Source: an uncultured virus (IMG/VR IMGVR_UViG_3300044922_001008) (lineage: Duplodnaviria; Heunggongvirae; Uroviricota; Caudoviricetes). Taken from it: a stretch of DNA of 64,000 nucleotides. The position numbers and the translations under genes were made by a program. The DNA is taken from IMG/VR virus record IMGVR_UViG_3300044922_001008. One strand, given 5' to 3'. Of this stretch, positions 40,867 through 50,521 are shown in pieces (within the stretch, counting starts at the first letter, position 1; each line of letters begins with the position of its first letter). The notes below the pieces were generated by a model, which made no database searches, was not told where the DNA came from, and saw only the letters and a list, made by a program, of their open reading frames with translations.

Positions 40867-43800
40867 ATGACACTTTGGTCAGATTTTTTTAAGCTATTTA
40901 CATACGCCACAGAAAAAGACCCACTAGCAAAAAGAAAAGATTCTTCTAAATTTTCTGGTGCAGGGATTTCTCAGGCTGATGCTTTGCAAACTGGCGGCGA
41001 ATTAGTTGCTGGACAAGGTCCAAGTAATTACATCAACCTTCGTCAAACCTATGATATGATCGATACTACCACACTTGGTAATCGATCTTCAAGATATAAA
41101 GAATACGAAAGACTAAGAAATTTACCAGAAATTGAAATGGCTATGACCGTATTCGCTGATGAAGCATGCGTCAGCGGAGATACATTGATTGCAACTCCAC
41201 ATGGCTACCAAACTATAGAATGGCTCACAAAAAACAAAGCTAATGAAAGATTTTTAGTTTATTGCTACAACTTAGAAAAAAGAGATTACACACTTGGATG
41301 GGCATTTGCTCCAAGACTTGTAAAGAAAGCCAAAACTGTTGAAGTTGTTCTAGATGATGGAAAAATCATATACGCAACACCAGATCATCGCATTTTAAAA
41401 CGAAATGGCGAATGGATTCCTTGCGGAGAACTTGAATTTGGCGATGAATTAATGCCATTTTATCGTATTCCAGCCAATCAAAATTTAACAAATCTTAGAG
41501 TGAATCAATTTCCAAGAATATTTTCATTTGATAAAGGATGGATTCATGAACGACAATTTGTAGATGATTGGAAAAGTGGCAAAATAACTCCCGAATATGA
41601 AAAGTTAAATAGAGCTTGCAGACTAATTGGAAGCGACATTCCAGTAAGACAAATCGCCAAAATAATGGAACATGATTGGAATACTATCGATAGTATGATT
41701 CAAAAGAATGGATTCACACTAAAAGAAATTAGAAAATTGCACAGGAGAGCAACGGTAAGAAAGGTTGTTAGTGTAGCCGAAGGTCCAGAAATGGATGTTT
41801 ATGATATATCAGTTGAGAAACATTTGTGCTTTGCAACAGACTCTGTAATCCTTCATAATTGCCAAAAGAATGATGCAGGGAATATTATGACTATTGAATG
41901 CAAAAATGACGAAGTTAGAAAAGAAATTGAATTTTTGCTTCTTCATCGAAAAATGTTAAATCTTAACAGATATGGTTATGTGTACTTCAAAGATATGATT
42001 GTTCATGGTGACAAATTTTTCGAAATAGTTATAAATCCAGATAAACCAGCTGAGGGTATCTATAAAATTATACCTTTGCCACCAGAGACAATGTATCGAA
42101 TCGAAACAATTAAAGGAAAATTAATTGAATTCCAACAATCAAAAGAAGGTCCAGACTATCAAGCATTGGCAAGAGGAGATGTATCACAACAAAGTGATGC
42201 AGAATTATCCCAATCTACAGCAATAAGATTTGCACCATCCCAAATTTTGCATATGAGAATTGGAGATGATCGAAGAAATTTCTATCCTTACGGACAATCT
42301 CTTATCGAACCAGCCAGAGGACCAGCACATCAATTAAGACTTATGGAAGATGCAATGGTGGTATATCGCCTGTGTCTTGTTGGAAATACAAGAATTAGAA
42401 CCGAAAATAGCTATAAATACATCAAGGACTTACAAATAAATGATCAAGTTTATTCTTATGATCAATCTAACAACACTATAATTACCAATGTTATAAACTT
42501 TATGAACAATGGAATTAAAGATGTTTATAAAGTTAAGACAAAACATGTGGAAATTACAGGAACAGCAACCCATCCAATTCTGGTTAACAGAAACGGAATT
42601 ATTCAATATGTTGATATTCAAAACTTAATTCCAAAACATGATATGATTATAAATGTTCAAAGGAATAATGATAAAGAAGTTGAGATCCCAAAAATATTTG
42701 GAACTAAATGGGCAAAGATAAGTGATTCCCAAAGAAAATCATTCCGTAATAATACCTACGCAAATAAATCTCAAATCATGAGATTGTGTAGCACTAAAGC
42801 GGATAGAGTCAAACAGTTTTTGTATTCTAAAGGAAAGGCTTTGCCATATGAAAAAGCTTTGGAAATATGTGACAAATTTGAAATTAATCCTGACAATTTA
42901 ATTGTTGTAAGTAAAGGTCAGTACAATGAAGAAAGAATTGATTTACCAAAATATGTAGATGAAGATTTTGCTCGTCTTTTTGGATTTCTGATTGGCGATG
43001 GATCAATGAGTAAGAATAAATGCCAGTTAAACTTTACTGCTGGCATGGATGATAGACAAAATAAATTCTATGCAAATTTATTGAAAAAATATTTTGGAAA
43101 AGTGAGATTTGAAAAAGAAACTAGAAGCAAGCATAAACAACTAGGTAAATATGTAGTCGATTCTAGAATAGCTTGTAAAACTTTTATCACTTTGGGATAT
43201 ATCCATGGAGCTAAAAACAAAAGAATTCCTGATTGGGTTCACACAGCATCGAAAAATATTAGAAAAGCATTTGTCGAAGGAATTTGTAATGCAGATGGAT
43301 GTGAAAGAACAACAAAAAAGGGAACATGGTTTTCTACAATTGAATTGTGTAATCAAAAATTGATTGAAGATATCAAGGAAATTTGGTCTTCAATTGGATT
43401 GTGTTCTGGAAAACTTAAAACTAGACATCGTAAATGTGGTCATATCATAGAAAAAAATAGAAAGATGCCGTCAACTATTTCTTATTCTGTGACAATATCT
43501 GAAAATGAATTGCCGAAATATGAAAATGTAATATCTGTAGAACATGTAGGAAAAGAAGAAGTTTTTGATATTACAGTTGAAAATGAACTTCATAATTTCA
43601 TAGCCAATGGCATACCGACCCATAATACTCGTGCGCCCGAGAGACGAGTGTTTTATATAGATGTCGGTCAACTTCCACCATTTAAAGCAGAAGCTTTTAT
43701 GGAAAGATTAAAAGATCAATTTCGTAAAAGAAAAACTGCTGGTAATCGTGCAACAACAGGTGCAAACCTTGTAGAAGAAAGATGGCAACCACCAGCACAA

Positions 43801-44637
43801 GATGAAGACTATTGGGTTCCAGTTCGTCCAAATGCAAATAGTAGAATTGAAACTCTTCCGGGCGCACAAAACCTTGGAGAAATTGATGATGCTGTTTATT
43901 TTAGAAATAAATTATTTGTTTCATTGAACTTTCCAAAAAGTTATTTTTCAAGTGAAGATGTTAATGCAACTAGAATTACATTATCAGCACAAGATGTTAA
44001 GTTCGCAAGAATGATCGAAAGACTTCAATCGAATTTTGAAGATGGAATTTTAGATATATGCGAAAGACATCTTGAACTTCGTGGATTTCCACAAGAAATG
44101 TTTAAAGATTTAAAAATTCGTATGACTCCACCATCAGATTGGAGAGAATTATCAAGAGCCGAAGTAAAAACAGCAAGACTTACAAATGCAGGTTCTTTAA
44201 AAAGTGGTTTGTTAATGTCAGATTATGACATTTATACAAAAGTTTTAATGTATTCAGAAGAAGATACATCTATGATGTTGAGCAGACTTAAATTGCAAAA
44301 ATTAGAAGATCTAAAAATTCAGATTATGTCTCAAAATCCTCAATTGCTAGGTGTTGGTGTTCCTACTCCAGAAGAAGCAGGAAAAGAAATAGGGTCTGAA
44401 GCTGGTGGTCCAACTCCAGATCTTGGTGCAGAAGCTCCACCGCCAGCAGAAGGCGAAACTACACCACCGCCAGCAGAAGGCGAAACTACACCACCGCCAG
44501 AAGGCGAACCTCCAACAACAGCAACAGATGAAATTCCAGATGCTGAAGAAAATGATTTGAAAAAGTACAATCTTGAAATTATAAATTATGGAATAGAACA
44601 AGATCATGAAGATCGTGATGATAGCACAATGAGTTAA
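40867..44637 (+). CDS. Portal protein (T4 gp20-like) with two inteins
   Basis: PEIEMAMTVFADEA, QLRLMEDAMVVYRL|TRAPERRVFYIDVG, EDYW, IETLPGAQNLGEIDD; about 607 aa after splicing. Confidence 0.95.
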   Translation: MTLWSDFFKLFTYATEKDPLAKRKDSSKFSGAGISQADALQTGGELVAGQGPSNYINLRQTYDMIDTTTLGNRSSRYKEYERLRNLPEIEMAMTVFADEACVSGDTLIATPHGYQTIEWLTKNKANERFLVYCYNLEKRDYTLGWAFAPRLVKKAKTVEVVLDDGKIIYATPDHRILKRNGEWIPCGELEFGDELMPFYRIPANQNLTNLRVNQFPRIFSFDKGWIHERQFVDDWKSGKITPEYEKLNRACRLIGSDIPVRQIAKIMEHDWNTIDSMIQKNGFTLKEIRKLHRRATVRKVVSVAEGPEMDVYDISVEKHLCFATDSVILHNCQKNDAGNIMTIECKNDEVRKEIEFLLLHRKMLNLNRYGYVYFKDMIVHGDKFFEIVINPDKPAEGIYKIIPLPPETMYRIETIKGKLIEFQQSKEGPDYQALARGDVSQQSDAELSQSTAIRFAPSQILHMRIGDDRRNFYPYGQSLIEPARGPAHQLRLMEDAMVVYRLCLVGNTRIRTENSYKYIKDLQINDQVYSYDQSNNTIITNVINFMNNGIKDVYKVKTKHVEITGTATHPILVNRNGIIQYVDIQNLIPKHDMIINVQRNNDKEVEIPKIFGTKWAKISDSQRKSFRNNTYANKSQIMRLCSTKADRVKQFLYSKGKALPYEKALEICDKFEINPDNLIVVSKGQYNEERIDLPKYVDEDFARLFGFLIGDGSMSKNKCQLNFTAGMDDRQNKFYANLLKKYFGKVRFEKETRSKHKQLGKYVVDSRIACKTFITLGYIHGAKNKRIPDWVHTASKNIRKAFVEGICNADGCERTTKKGTWFSTIELCNQKLIEDIKEIWSSIGLCSGKLKTRHRKCGHIIEKNRKMPSTISYSVTISENELPKYENVISVEHVGKEEVFDITVENELHNFIANGIPTHNTRAPERRVFYIDVGQLPPFKAEAFMERLKDQFRKRKTAGNRATTGANLVEERWQPPAQDEDYWVPVRPNANSRIETLPGAQNLGEIDDAVYFRNKLFVSLNFPKSYFSSEDVNATRITLSAQDVKFARMIERLQSNFEDGILDICERHLELRGFPQEMFKDLKIRMTPPSDWRELSRAEVKTARLTNAGSLKSGLLMSDYDIYTKVLMYSEEDTSMMLSRLKLQKLEDLKIQIMSQNPQLLGVGVPTPEEAGKEIGSEAGGPTPDLGAEAPPPAEGETTPPPAEGETTPPPEGEPPTTATDEIPDAEENDLKKYNLEIINYGIEQDHEDRDDSTMS
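41167..41859 (+). mobile_element. Intein 1 in portal (231 aa, no LAGLIDADG motif)
   Basis: Starts CVSGDTLI, block B ATPDHRIL, ends VYDISVEKHLCFATDSVILHN followed by Cys. Confidence 0.9.
42373..43626 (+). mobile_element. Intein 2 in portal (418 aa, LAGLIDADG endonuclease)
   Basis: Starts CLVGNTRI, GTATHPIL, LFGFLIGDGS and FVEGICNADG, ends HNFIANGIPTHN followed by Thr. Confidence 0.93.
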
Positions 44638-44638
44638 T

Positions 44639-44887
44639 ATGATAACAATTAAACAATTAGCACACTTTGCTTTTAAAAATAAAAATCTACAAAATGTAGC
44701 AGTGAATGCTGGATGCTATCATTGCACTAAAATTTTCAAAGCAATTGATGTAAAAGAATATACAGATGCAGGGCAGACAGCTTTGTGTCCACTATGCTCT
44801 GTAGATTCAGTTGTTTTTGATAATGCAGAATTTGAATTGACTGAAGACAGTCTTAAAAAAGCTTATCAATACTGGTTCCAGAAATAA
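44639..44887 (+). CDS. Small zinc-finger protein
   Basis: GCYHC..IF...TALCPLCSVDSV. Confidence 0.65.
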   Translation: MITIKQLAHFAFKNKNLQNVAVNAGCYHCTKIFKAIDVKEYTDAGQTALCPLCSVDSVVFDNAEFELTEDSLKKAYQYWFQK

Positions 44888-45223
44888 TTATGCCATGTCA
44901 GAAGCGTTTGGAGCAACTACATCTGGTTCATCTTTAGAAGTTTTCAAACCAGATTTTGCAGCCGTTCTCAAACCAGACAAAAATGCAGAATCATTAAGAT
45001 CATCCATATTTGACTTATCTAGTTCTCCTTGAACATCTGGACCTTCGCTTTGCAACAAAGTCAGTAGTCTTCGAGCAAAAGTTGGGTCGTCAGCAATTGC
45101 AATACGAACTGCACGAAGAAGATGAGCTAGTACTGGTCCTTTTGATGCACTTAGACCCCTTCCAGCTATTTCACGACCAAGATCCATTGCGACATCTTCA
45201 ATATATTGTTGAAATGTTTTCAT
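44888..45223 (-). CDS. Hypothetical protein with T4 capsid-targeting-like N-terminus
   Basis: MKTFQQYIE; GAGGT RBS. Confidence 0.55.
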   Translation of the reverse strand: MKTFQQYIEDVAMDLGREIAGRGLSASKGPVLAHLLRAVRIAIADDPTFARRLLTLLQSEGPDVQGELDKSNMDDLNDSAFLSGLRTAAKSGLKTSKDEPDVVAPNASDMA

Positions 45224-45427
45224 TTTTTACCTCAATTTTAATCCCAAAAGCATACTTATATAGTTGATAGATGCTATTTTTATATTGTCGATCTAATTTT
45301 TATAGTGTTAATCTATTTTTTAAAATTGGATTTAAAATATTATGGCGTGAGTAATATATAGCATAATGACAGCATTGAAAATCGTGCTACATAAATCATA
45401 ACTTACAGGCACAGGAGTTGATGAGAC

Positions 45428-47266
45428 ATGAAAAGAAAACTTATAAGCTTTGAAGCATTCAAAAATTTGCAAGAAAATTCTTTAACCCGTATTGAAGAAG
45501 AACTTATTCTTGCTGAAGACATTTTAGGTAAAACTCTCGGCATTGATGTTGAGTTGTTTTCTTTCACCGAAAACGCTGTTACCTACAAAACCGCTGATGA
45601 TAACTTCATCAATGCAATTTACAAGCTAGAAGATGATCAAGTTATTTTTGAAAACATTCAAGAACTTGTTATCGATGAAGAATCCGCTAAGAAAGGTGCA
45701 AGACAAACTATTTCTGAAATGGTGGATGCAATTATCGAAAGCAAGGATGAAATCGCTGACAATAAATTTGACGAGTACTTCTCGCTACCAAATGTTCGTA
45801 AACAAATTAGCGAAGCAGTTGCATTTAAAGTATCGGTTTCCAAACCTACTGGCAAACGCAGCAAGCTATTCCACAAGAAACAACCACGCAGCTTAGTAGC
45901 AAAGCGTGTTCGTATGAGAAAGCTAAGTCAGAGAAAAATTTCGAAGAGCAAAAAGAAAGAATTAGGTCGTAAGCGAGCTACAGCTGCAAGGAAACTTGGA
46001 AAATCTAAAAATCCTCGTTGGAGAACTTATGTTCGTGCAGTAAAAAATATGAAAGAATGGGCTAATTTAGCCAATAATGTATCTGGTTATGTTGAATACA
46101 AAAATTATGGTCATATGTTGACCGAATCTATAATTCAACCTGACAATAAAGGAAATATTGTTGCTGTAGCTATTCCAAATACACAAAAAAGGAACGAAGG
46201 TAAAATCCTTTCCTTCCAATGGAAAACAATCGATACAGATCTCAAAATTCTTCGTGGTAGTGCCAAGAAGCTTAATGAGAATCAGACATTTGTAAAGGCT
46301 ATCGCTGAATTAAAGCGATATAACAACACATCTGATAATTCTTCCCTTGAAGAAGCTCTAGAAAACATGGTTAGCAAATTCCCCGGAGTTCTTTATTTAA
46401 CTCAGGAAGAATTGACTAATAATATCGCTGAAGCTTTCGAAATAGCAAATATCACAAATTATGATGATGATACTTGCAAGTTTATTGCTGAAGCAATTCT
46501 TAGAACTGCACACAGTGCATATACAGATCGTGTAAAGAAAATTGGTACTGCTGCTGGTGTTAGAACTGATATCACCGCAGAATGCAAAGAATGCAAAGAT
46601 GCTTATGTGGAATTCCAAAATGTAGCCACTAAGTTATTTTCAAAACTTGATGAAAGCGAAAGTATTGATATGAGAGTTTTCTCAGATCTTTATAAGGCTC
46701 TTCATGAAATGCACAAAACAGCAAGCGAAATCGGTGACGAAGCAACTAAGATTGAAACCGCAAGTTTCATGTATGATGTTGAAGCTGTATTAAGCAAAAC
46801 TCAATCTCCGTCCTTAGAAATGGCTGAAGAAATCGCTGATTATATCAATGATTTAGTTGAAGCCAATATTGATAACTCTGGCGAATGGAAAGATCATGGA
46901 GTTCATACTTCCGCTGATGGAGATCATCCAAATACTGCTTGGAATGCAAAACAAACCGATGCAGTTCCTTCCAAATTCAATGGAAGGGATGAATATGGTG
47001 TTAACCATGCACCTGTAAGTGATGGAAAGGATTTGGGCGGAGATGAAGAAATGGCTCATAATGCTTTGGGTAATGACGGTGGTGACCATACTTGGCCATC
47101 CTTAAGTAACCCTTACATTCCTGATCCCTTCACTTTCACTCTAAAGGGCGAAAAAGGTGTTGATAAGGATAATGAGGAAATCGGCACATTCCAGTCGAAT
47201 GATACTTGGCCAAACCTCAATAATCCATTGCATCCAAAGGCTGAAATAGCCCAACCAGTTGAATAA
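45428..47266 (+). CDS. Putative prohead core protein
   Basis: Between portal and protease; Lys/Arg-rich central segment, acidic C-terminus; AGGAG RBS. Confidence 0.55.
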   Translation: MKRKLISFEAFKNLQENSLTRIEEELILAEDILGKTLGIDVELFSFTENAVTYKTADDNFINAIYKLEDDQVIFENIQELVIDEESAKKGARQTISEMVDAIIESKDEIADNKFDEYFSLPNVRKQISEAVAFKVSVSKPTGKRSKLFHKKQPRSLVAKRVRMRKLSQRKISKSKKKELGRKRATAARKLGKSKNPRWRTYVRAVKNMKEWANLANNVSGYVEYKNYGHMLTESIIQPDNKGNIVAVAIPNTQKRNEGKILSFQWKTIDTDLKILRGSAKKLNENQTFVKAIAELKRYNNTSDNSSLEEALENMVSKFPGVLYLTQEELTNNIAEAFEIANITNYDDDTCKFIAEAILRTAHSAYTDRVKKIGTAAGVRTDITAECKECKDAYVEFQNVATKLFSKLDESESIDMRVFSDLYKALHEMHKTASEIGDEATKIETASFMYDVEAVLSKTQSPSLEMAEEIADYINDLVEANIDNSGEWKDHGVHTSADGDHPNTAWNAKQTDAVPSKFNGRDEYGVNHAPVSDGKDLGGDEEMAHNALGNDGGDHTWPSLSNPYIPDPFTFTLKGEKGVDKDNEEIGTFQSNDTWPNLNNPLHPKAEIAQPVE

Positions 47267-47276
47267 AAGGAGATGA

Positions 47277-47954
47277 ATGAGCGACAACAAAATGCTACTT
47301 GTTGACTCCTGCAATAATGGAGGACTCTTTCTAAATCTTAATGAATCCACCGATAAAGGACTCACTAAGTTTAGAGGAAAATTCCAAGAAGCCGAAGCTG
47401 TTAACAAAAATAAGAGGATGTATCCACACGGAGTCCTCGATGAAAATGTAAAGAAACTTTTGCCAGTAATTGAATCTCGTGGGTTGGTTGGCGAACTTGA
47501 CCATCCCACTGATTCTATCATTCACTTTGAAAAGGCATCTCATGTCATTACAAAGTTGTGGTGGGAAGGCAATAACCTCATGGGTGAGGGAGAGATTCTT
47601 AATACTCCACATGGAAGAATCCTCAAAGCACTTATCAATGATGGTGTACGAGTCGGAATTAGTAGCCGTGGCGTAGGCAACGGCAAAGTGGACGAGAACG
47701 GCATCCTTGTCATTGGCGAGAGCTATAAACTCTTAACTTTTGATGCGGTTGCAGATCCAAGCACACACGCTGCCTTTCAGGAGAAGGTGGTAAATAACAA
47801 GCGAGAAAATTACGCTCCAATAAATAATTCTATGGAAATACCTGCTAAAAATGAAAGTAGCAGCATACATAGAGTTAGCAAAGAAGCGTTAATTGCTTGC
47901 TTGGGTGGAATAATCGAGGATCAAACAAAAAGTATTAAATCAAAAATTGTTTGA
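47277..47954 (+). CDS. Prohead protease (T4 gp21-like)
   Basis: NKNKRMYP, GELDHP, SHVIT, TPHG, GISSRGVG, FDAVADPS. Confidence 0.95.
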   Translation: MSDNKMLLVDSCNNGGLFLNLNESTDKGLTKFRGKFQEAEAVNKNKRMYPHGVLDENVKKLLPVIESRGLVGELDHPTDSIIHFEKASHVITKLWWEGNNLMGEGEILNTPHGRILKALINDGVRVGISSRGVGNGKVDENGILVIGESYKLLTFDAVADPSTHAAFQEKVVNNKRENYAPINNSMEIPAKNESSSIHRVSKEALIACLGGIIEDQTKSIKSKIV

Positions 47955-47996
47955 TTATTTCTTAAAACGAAACACTAGCAAAGTGAGGTTAGGCTA

Positions 47997-48899
47997 ATGG
48001 AAAAGATAATGGAAGCGATCAAGAAATTGTTGCCTGAGTCCGATGTAAAGGAAGTATCTTCTGCTATCAGCGAGATGCTAGATCAGGCTAAAGTAAGTCT
48101 CGAAAAAGAGTATAATGAAAAGCTTGAAGAAGCATATTCAGATCTCTCTGGCGAACTAAACAAATCAGAAAATACTGCGGAAAAAGGCTATGAAGAAGCT
48201 TATTCTATCATTGCCGATCTTCGCAATCGTCTTGAAATTCAAGGCGAAGAGTACAAGCAAGCTATGGAAGAAGGATATGAAGAAGCCTATCAGATGCTTA
48301 AATCTGAAAGAGCTAAAAACAATTCTCTTGAAGTAGAACTGTACGAAGAATACGACAAGAAACTTCATGAAATGAAGGAATACATTGTTGATAAGGTAGA
48401 TCAATTCCTTCAAGTGAAGGGTCAAGAAATCTATGAACAAGCTCGCAAGGACATCGTAACCGATCCTCGCTTGGCTGAACATAAGGTCGTTCTCGATAAG
48501 ATTGTTGACCTCACCAGCAATTATCTTTCCGATGATGAAGTGAACAATGTCTCTTCAGCAAAAGTTGAAGAAGCAATCAAACAAGCCGATGAACTTAAAG
48601 GTCAACTTCGAATTATGGAAGCCCGTAATATCAGGCTTTCTACCGAAAACACTAAACTTAATGAAAATGTACGCTATGCTAAAAATTTAATTACAGAGCA
48701 AACAAGGGCGGTTGAAAGTCGAAAAAAGTCTGAAGTAATTACAGAACAGAATGCAAGGGTTGAAAAAGCACAGAATGTAACGGGGAGAGGTAATAAGGTT
48801 GTTGATCAAGAAGTCGTAATTGCGGAAAATTATGACAACAACAACAGCAGTGAAATAGACCAAATCTTGGTTCTTTCAGGTGTGAAAAAACCAAAGTAA
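47997..48899 (+). CDS. Prohead scaffold protein (T4 gp22-like)
   Basis: Glu-rich coiled coil between the protease and the capsid gene. Confidence 0.8.
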   Translation: MEKIMEAIKKLLPESDVKEVSSAISEMLDQAKVSLEKEYNEKLEEAYSDLSGELNKSENTAEKGYEEAYSIIADLRNRLEIQGEEYKQAMEEGYEEAYQMLKSERAKNNSLEVELYEEYDKKLHEMKEYIVDKVDQFLQVKGQEIYEQARKDIVTDPRLAEHKVVLDKIVDLTSNYLSDDEVNNVSSAKVEEAIKQADELKGQLRIMEARNIRLSTENTKLNENVRYAKNLITEQTRAVESRKKSEVITEQNARVEKAQNVTGRGNKVVDQEVVIAENYDNNNSSEIDQILVLSGVKKPK

Positions 48900-48933
48900 A
48901 AGCTAAATTCTAACAGTAAAAGGAAATTTTAAT

Positions 48934-50364
48934 ATGAACGCTAATGCTAGATTTTTAAATGAAGCTAAAGAGTTAGAAGGACGCTGGGCTAAAACTGGTC
49001 TCCTCAATGGAATCGAAGACCGTAATACTCGTGCAGCCACAGCAGTTCTTCTCGAAAACCAACGCCTTATCAACGAAGTGTCTACCGACACCGCTGACAT
49101 CGCACAATTCAAACGAATCTCCATACCATTGGTTCGTAGGATTTACCCACAGTTGATCGCTAATAAGATCGTATCCGTCCAGCCTTTGCTTGGACCTACT
49201 GGTCTTGTTTATTATCTCCGCTTCCGCTATTCATCCAATAAGGGTGCTACCCGTGGTGCAGATAATAATGGCGGCTTCCCCGGTGATGACGCAAACTCCT
49301 TGATGCAGAAGGCTGATGGTACTGCAAACCTTGATATCTTCTATTCTCACCAGTTCGTTCAAAACGAGAGACTAGTAGATGCAGGTGGCGATACCACTTC
49401 CAACTTCACACTTGAACGAGGACCAATTTTGGCTGGTACTATTACTGGTACTATCTATGATGGTGCTACAGCAGTATATACATTCAATTTTAGTGCTGGT
49501 GGCACATTCAATAAAACTGAAATTGGCTCACCTTCACCCGCTGTATCTACTGGCACAATTGATTTGACCAGTGGTGCATTGACATTGACTTGGGATAGCG
49601 ATCCCGGTGCAAATAGCGTAGTAATGAGCTACGAATCTAATCTTGAATGTAATCAAGACCTTCCAGAAATCAACCTCGTTGTTGAATCTGAAGATATTAC
49701 CGCCAAGACCCGTAAGTTGAAGGCTGTATGGTCTTATGAAGCTCAACAAGATCTTCGTTCGCAACACAACTTGGACGCTGAAGCCGAATTGACCGCAGTT
49801 CTTGCTCAAGAAATTAATCTTGAAATTGATCGTGAAGTCCTCACCGACCTCCGTCAAAATGCTGGTACTGTAACCGCTTGGGACTTCAACACCTCCTTAG
49901 GTGATACCATCAAGGAAAAATACGAATCTCTCTATGTGAAGATCGTTGAAATTTCCTCCGTTATTCATCGTAAGACCCTTCGTGGTGGTGCTAACTTCAT
50001 CGTTACATCTCCCGAAGTTGCTTCGATCTTCGAAACCGCAACCGCTGGTTTCGCTCCTGCTCCTAGCGAAACATTCACTAGCTCCCTTGGCATCCAGTAT
50101 GTCGGAACTGTGAACAATCGTTGGAGATTATATAAAGATCCATTGTTCCAAAGCAATCAAATCCTTATGGGCTATAAAGGCGATTCATATCTTGACTCAG
50201 GATATTTCTACTGCCCTTATGTTCCTCTTACTCAGACACCTGTTGTTCTCGATCCAGAGAGCTTTTGCCCCAGAAAAGGTATTTTGACAAGATACGGAAA
50301 AAAATTGTTAAGGGAAGGTGCTAAATTCTACGCAAGAATGTCGATTGCTAACTTTATTATTTAA
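48934..50364 (+). CDS. Major capsid protein (T4 gp23-like)
   Basis: LLENQ, IPLVRR, VQPLLGPTGLVYYL, AKTRKLKAVWS.E..QDL, EIDRE, YCPYVPL, PRKGILTRY. Confidence 0.97.
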   Translation: MNANARFLNEAKELEGRWAKTGLLNGIEDRNTRAATAVLLENQRLINEVSTDTADIAQFKRISIPLVRRIYPQLIANKIVSVQPLLGPTGLVYYLRFRYSSNKGATRGADNNGGFPGDDANSLMQKADGTANLDIFYSHQFVQNERLVDAGGDTTSNFTLERGPILAGTITGTIYDGATAVYTFNFSAGGTFNKTEIGSPSPAVSTGTIDLTSGALTLTWDSDPGANSVVMSYESNLECNQDLPEINLVVESEDITAKTRKLKAVWSYEAQQDLRSQHNLDAEAELTAVLAQEINLEIDREVLTDLRQNAGTVTAWDFNTSLGDTIKEKYESLYVKIVEISSVIHRKTLRGGANFIVTSPEVASIFETATAGFAPAPSETFTSSLGIQYVGTVNNRWRLYKDPLFQSNQILMGYKGDSYLDSGYFYCPYVPLTQTPVVLDPESFCPRKGILTRYGKKLLREGAKFYARMSIANFII

Positions 50365-50395
50365 TTTTTACTCTCTATAAAAATAGTAAAAATTT

Positions 50396-50432
50396 AAGAA
50401 CCCAACTAATGATAGTTGGGTTCTTTTTTTTT
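50396..50432 (+). terminator. Rho-independent terminator after the capsid gene
   Basis: AAGAACCCAACTA-atga-TAGTTGGGTTCTT followed by a T run. Confidence 0.9.
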
Positions 50433-50472
50433 GTTAAAAGAAAATTTTTAGAAAAAGATCAAAATTTTATGA

Positions 50473-50501
50473 TTGACTAAAAAACAGATTTCGTGTAGAA
50501 T
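50473..50501 (+). promoter_or_regulatory. Sigma70-type promoter for the homing endonuclease gene
   Basis: TTGACT-17 nt-TAGAAT, then AAGGAG RBS and ATG 50522. Confidence 0.65.
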
Positions 50502-50521
50502 GAAATCACAAGGAGTTTAAC

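Noticed and set aside
44437..44510. 27-bp direct repeats at the portal 3' end (and 18-bp repeats near 36630-36680)
   Set aside because: Short in-frame Pro-rich linker duplications (PPPAEGETT, PKPVPT), not mobile or regulatory elements
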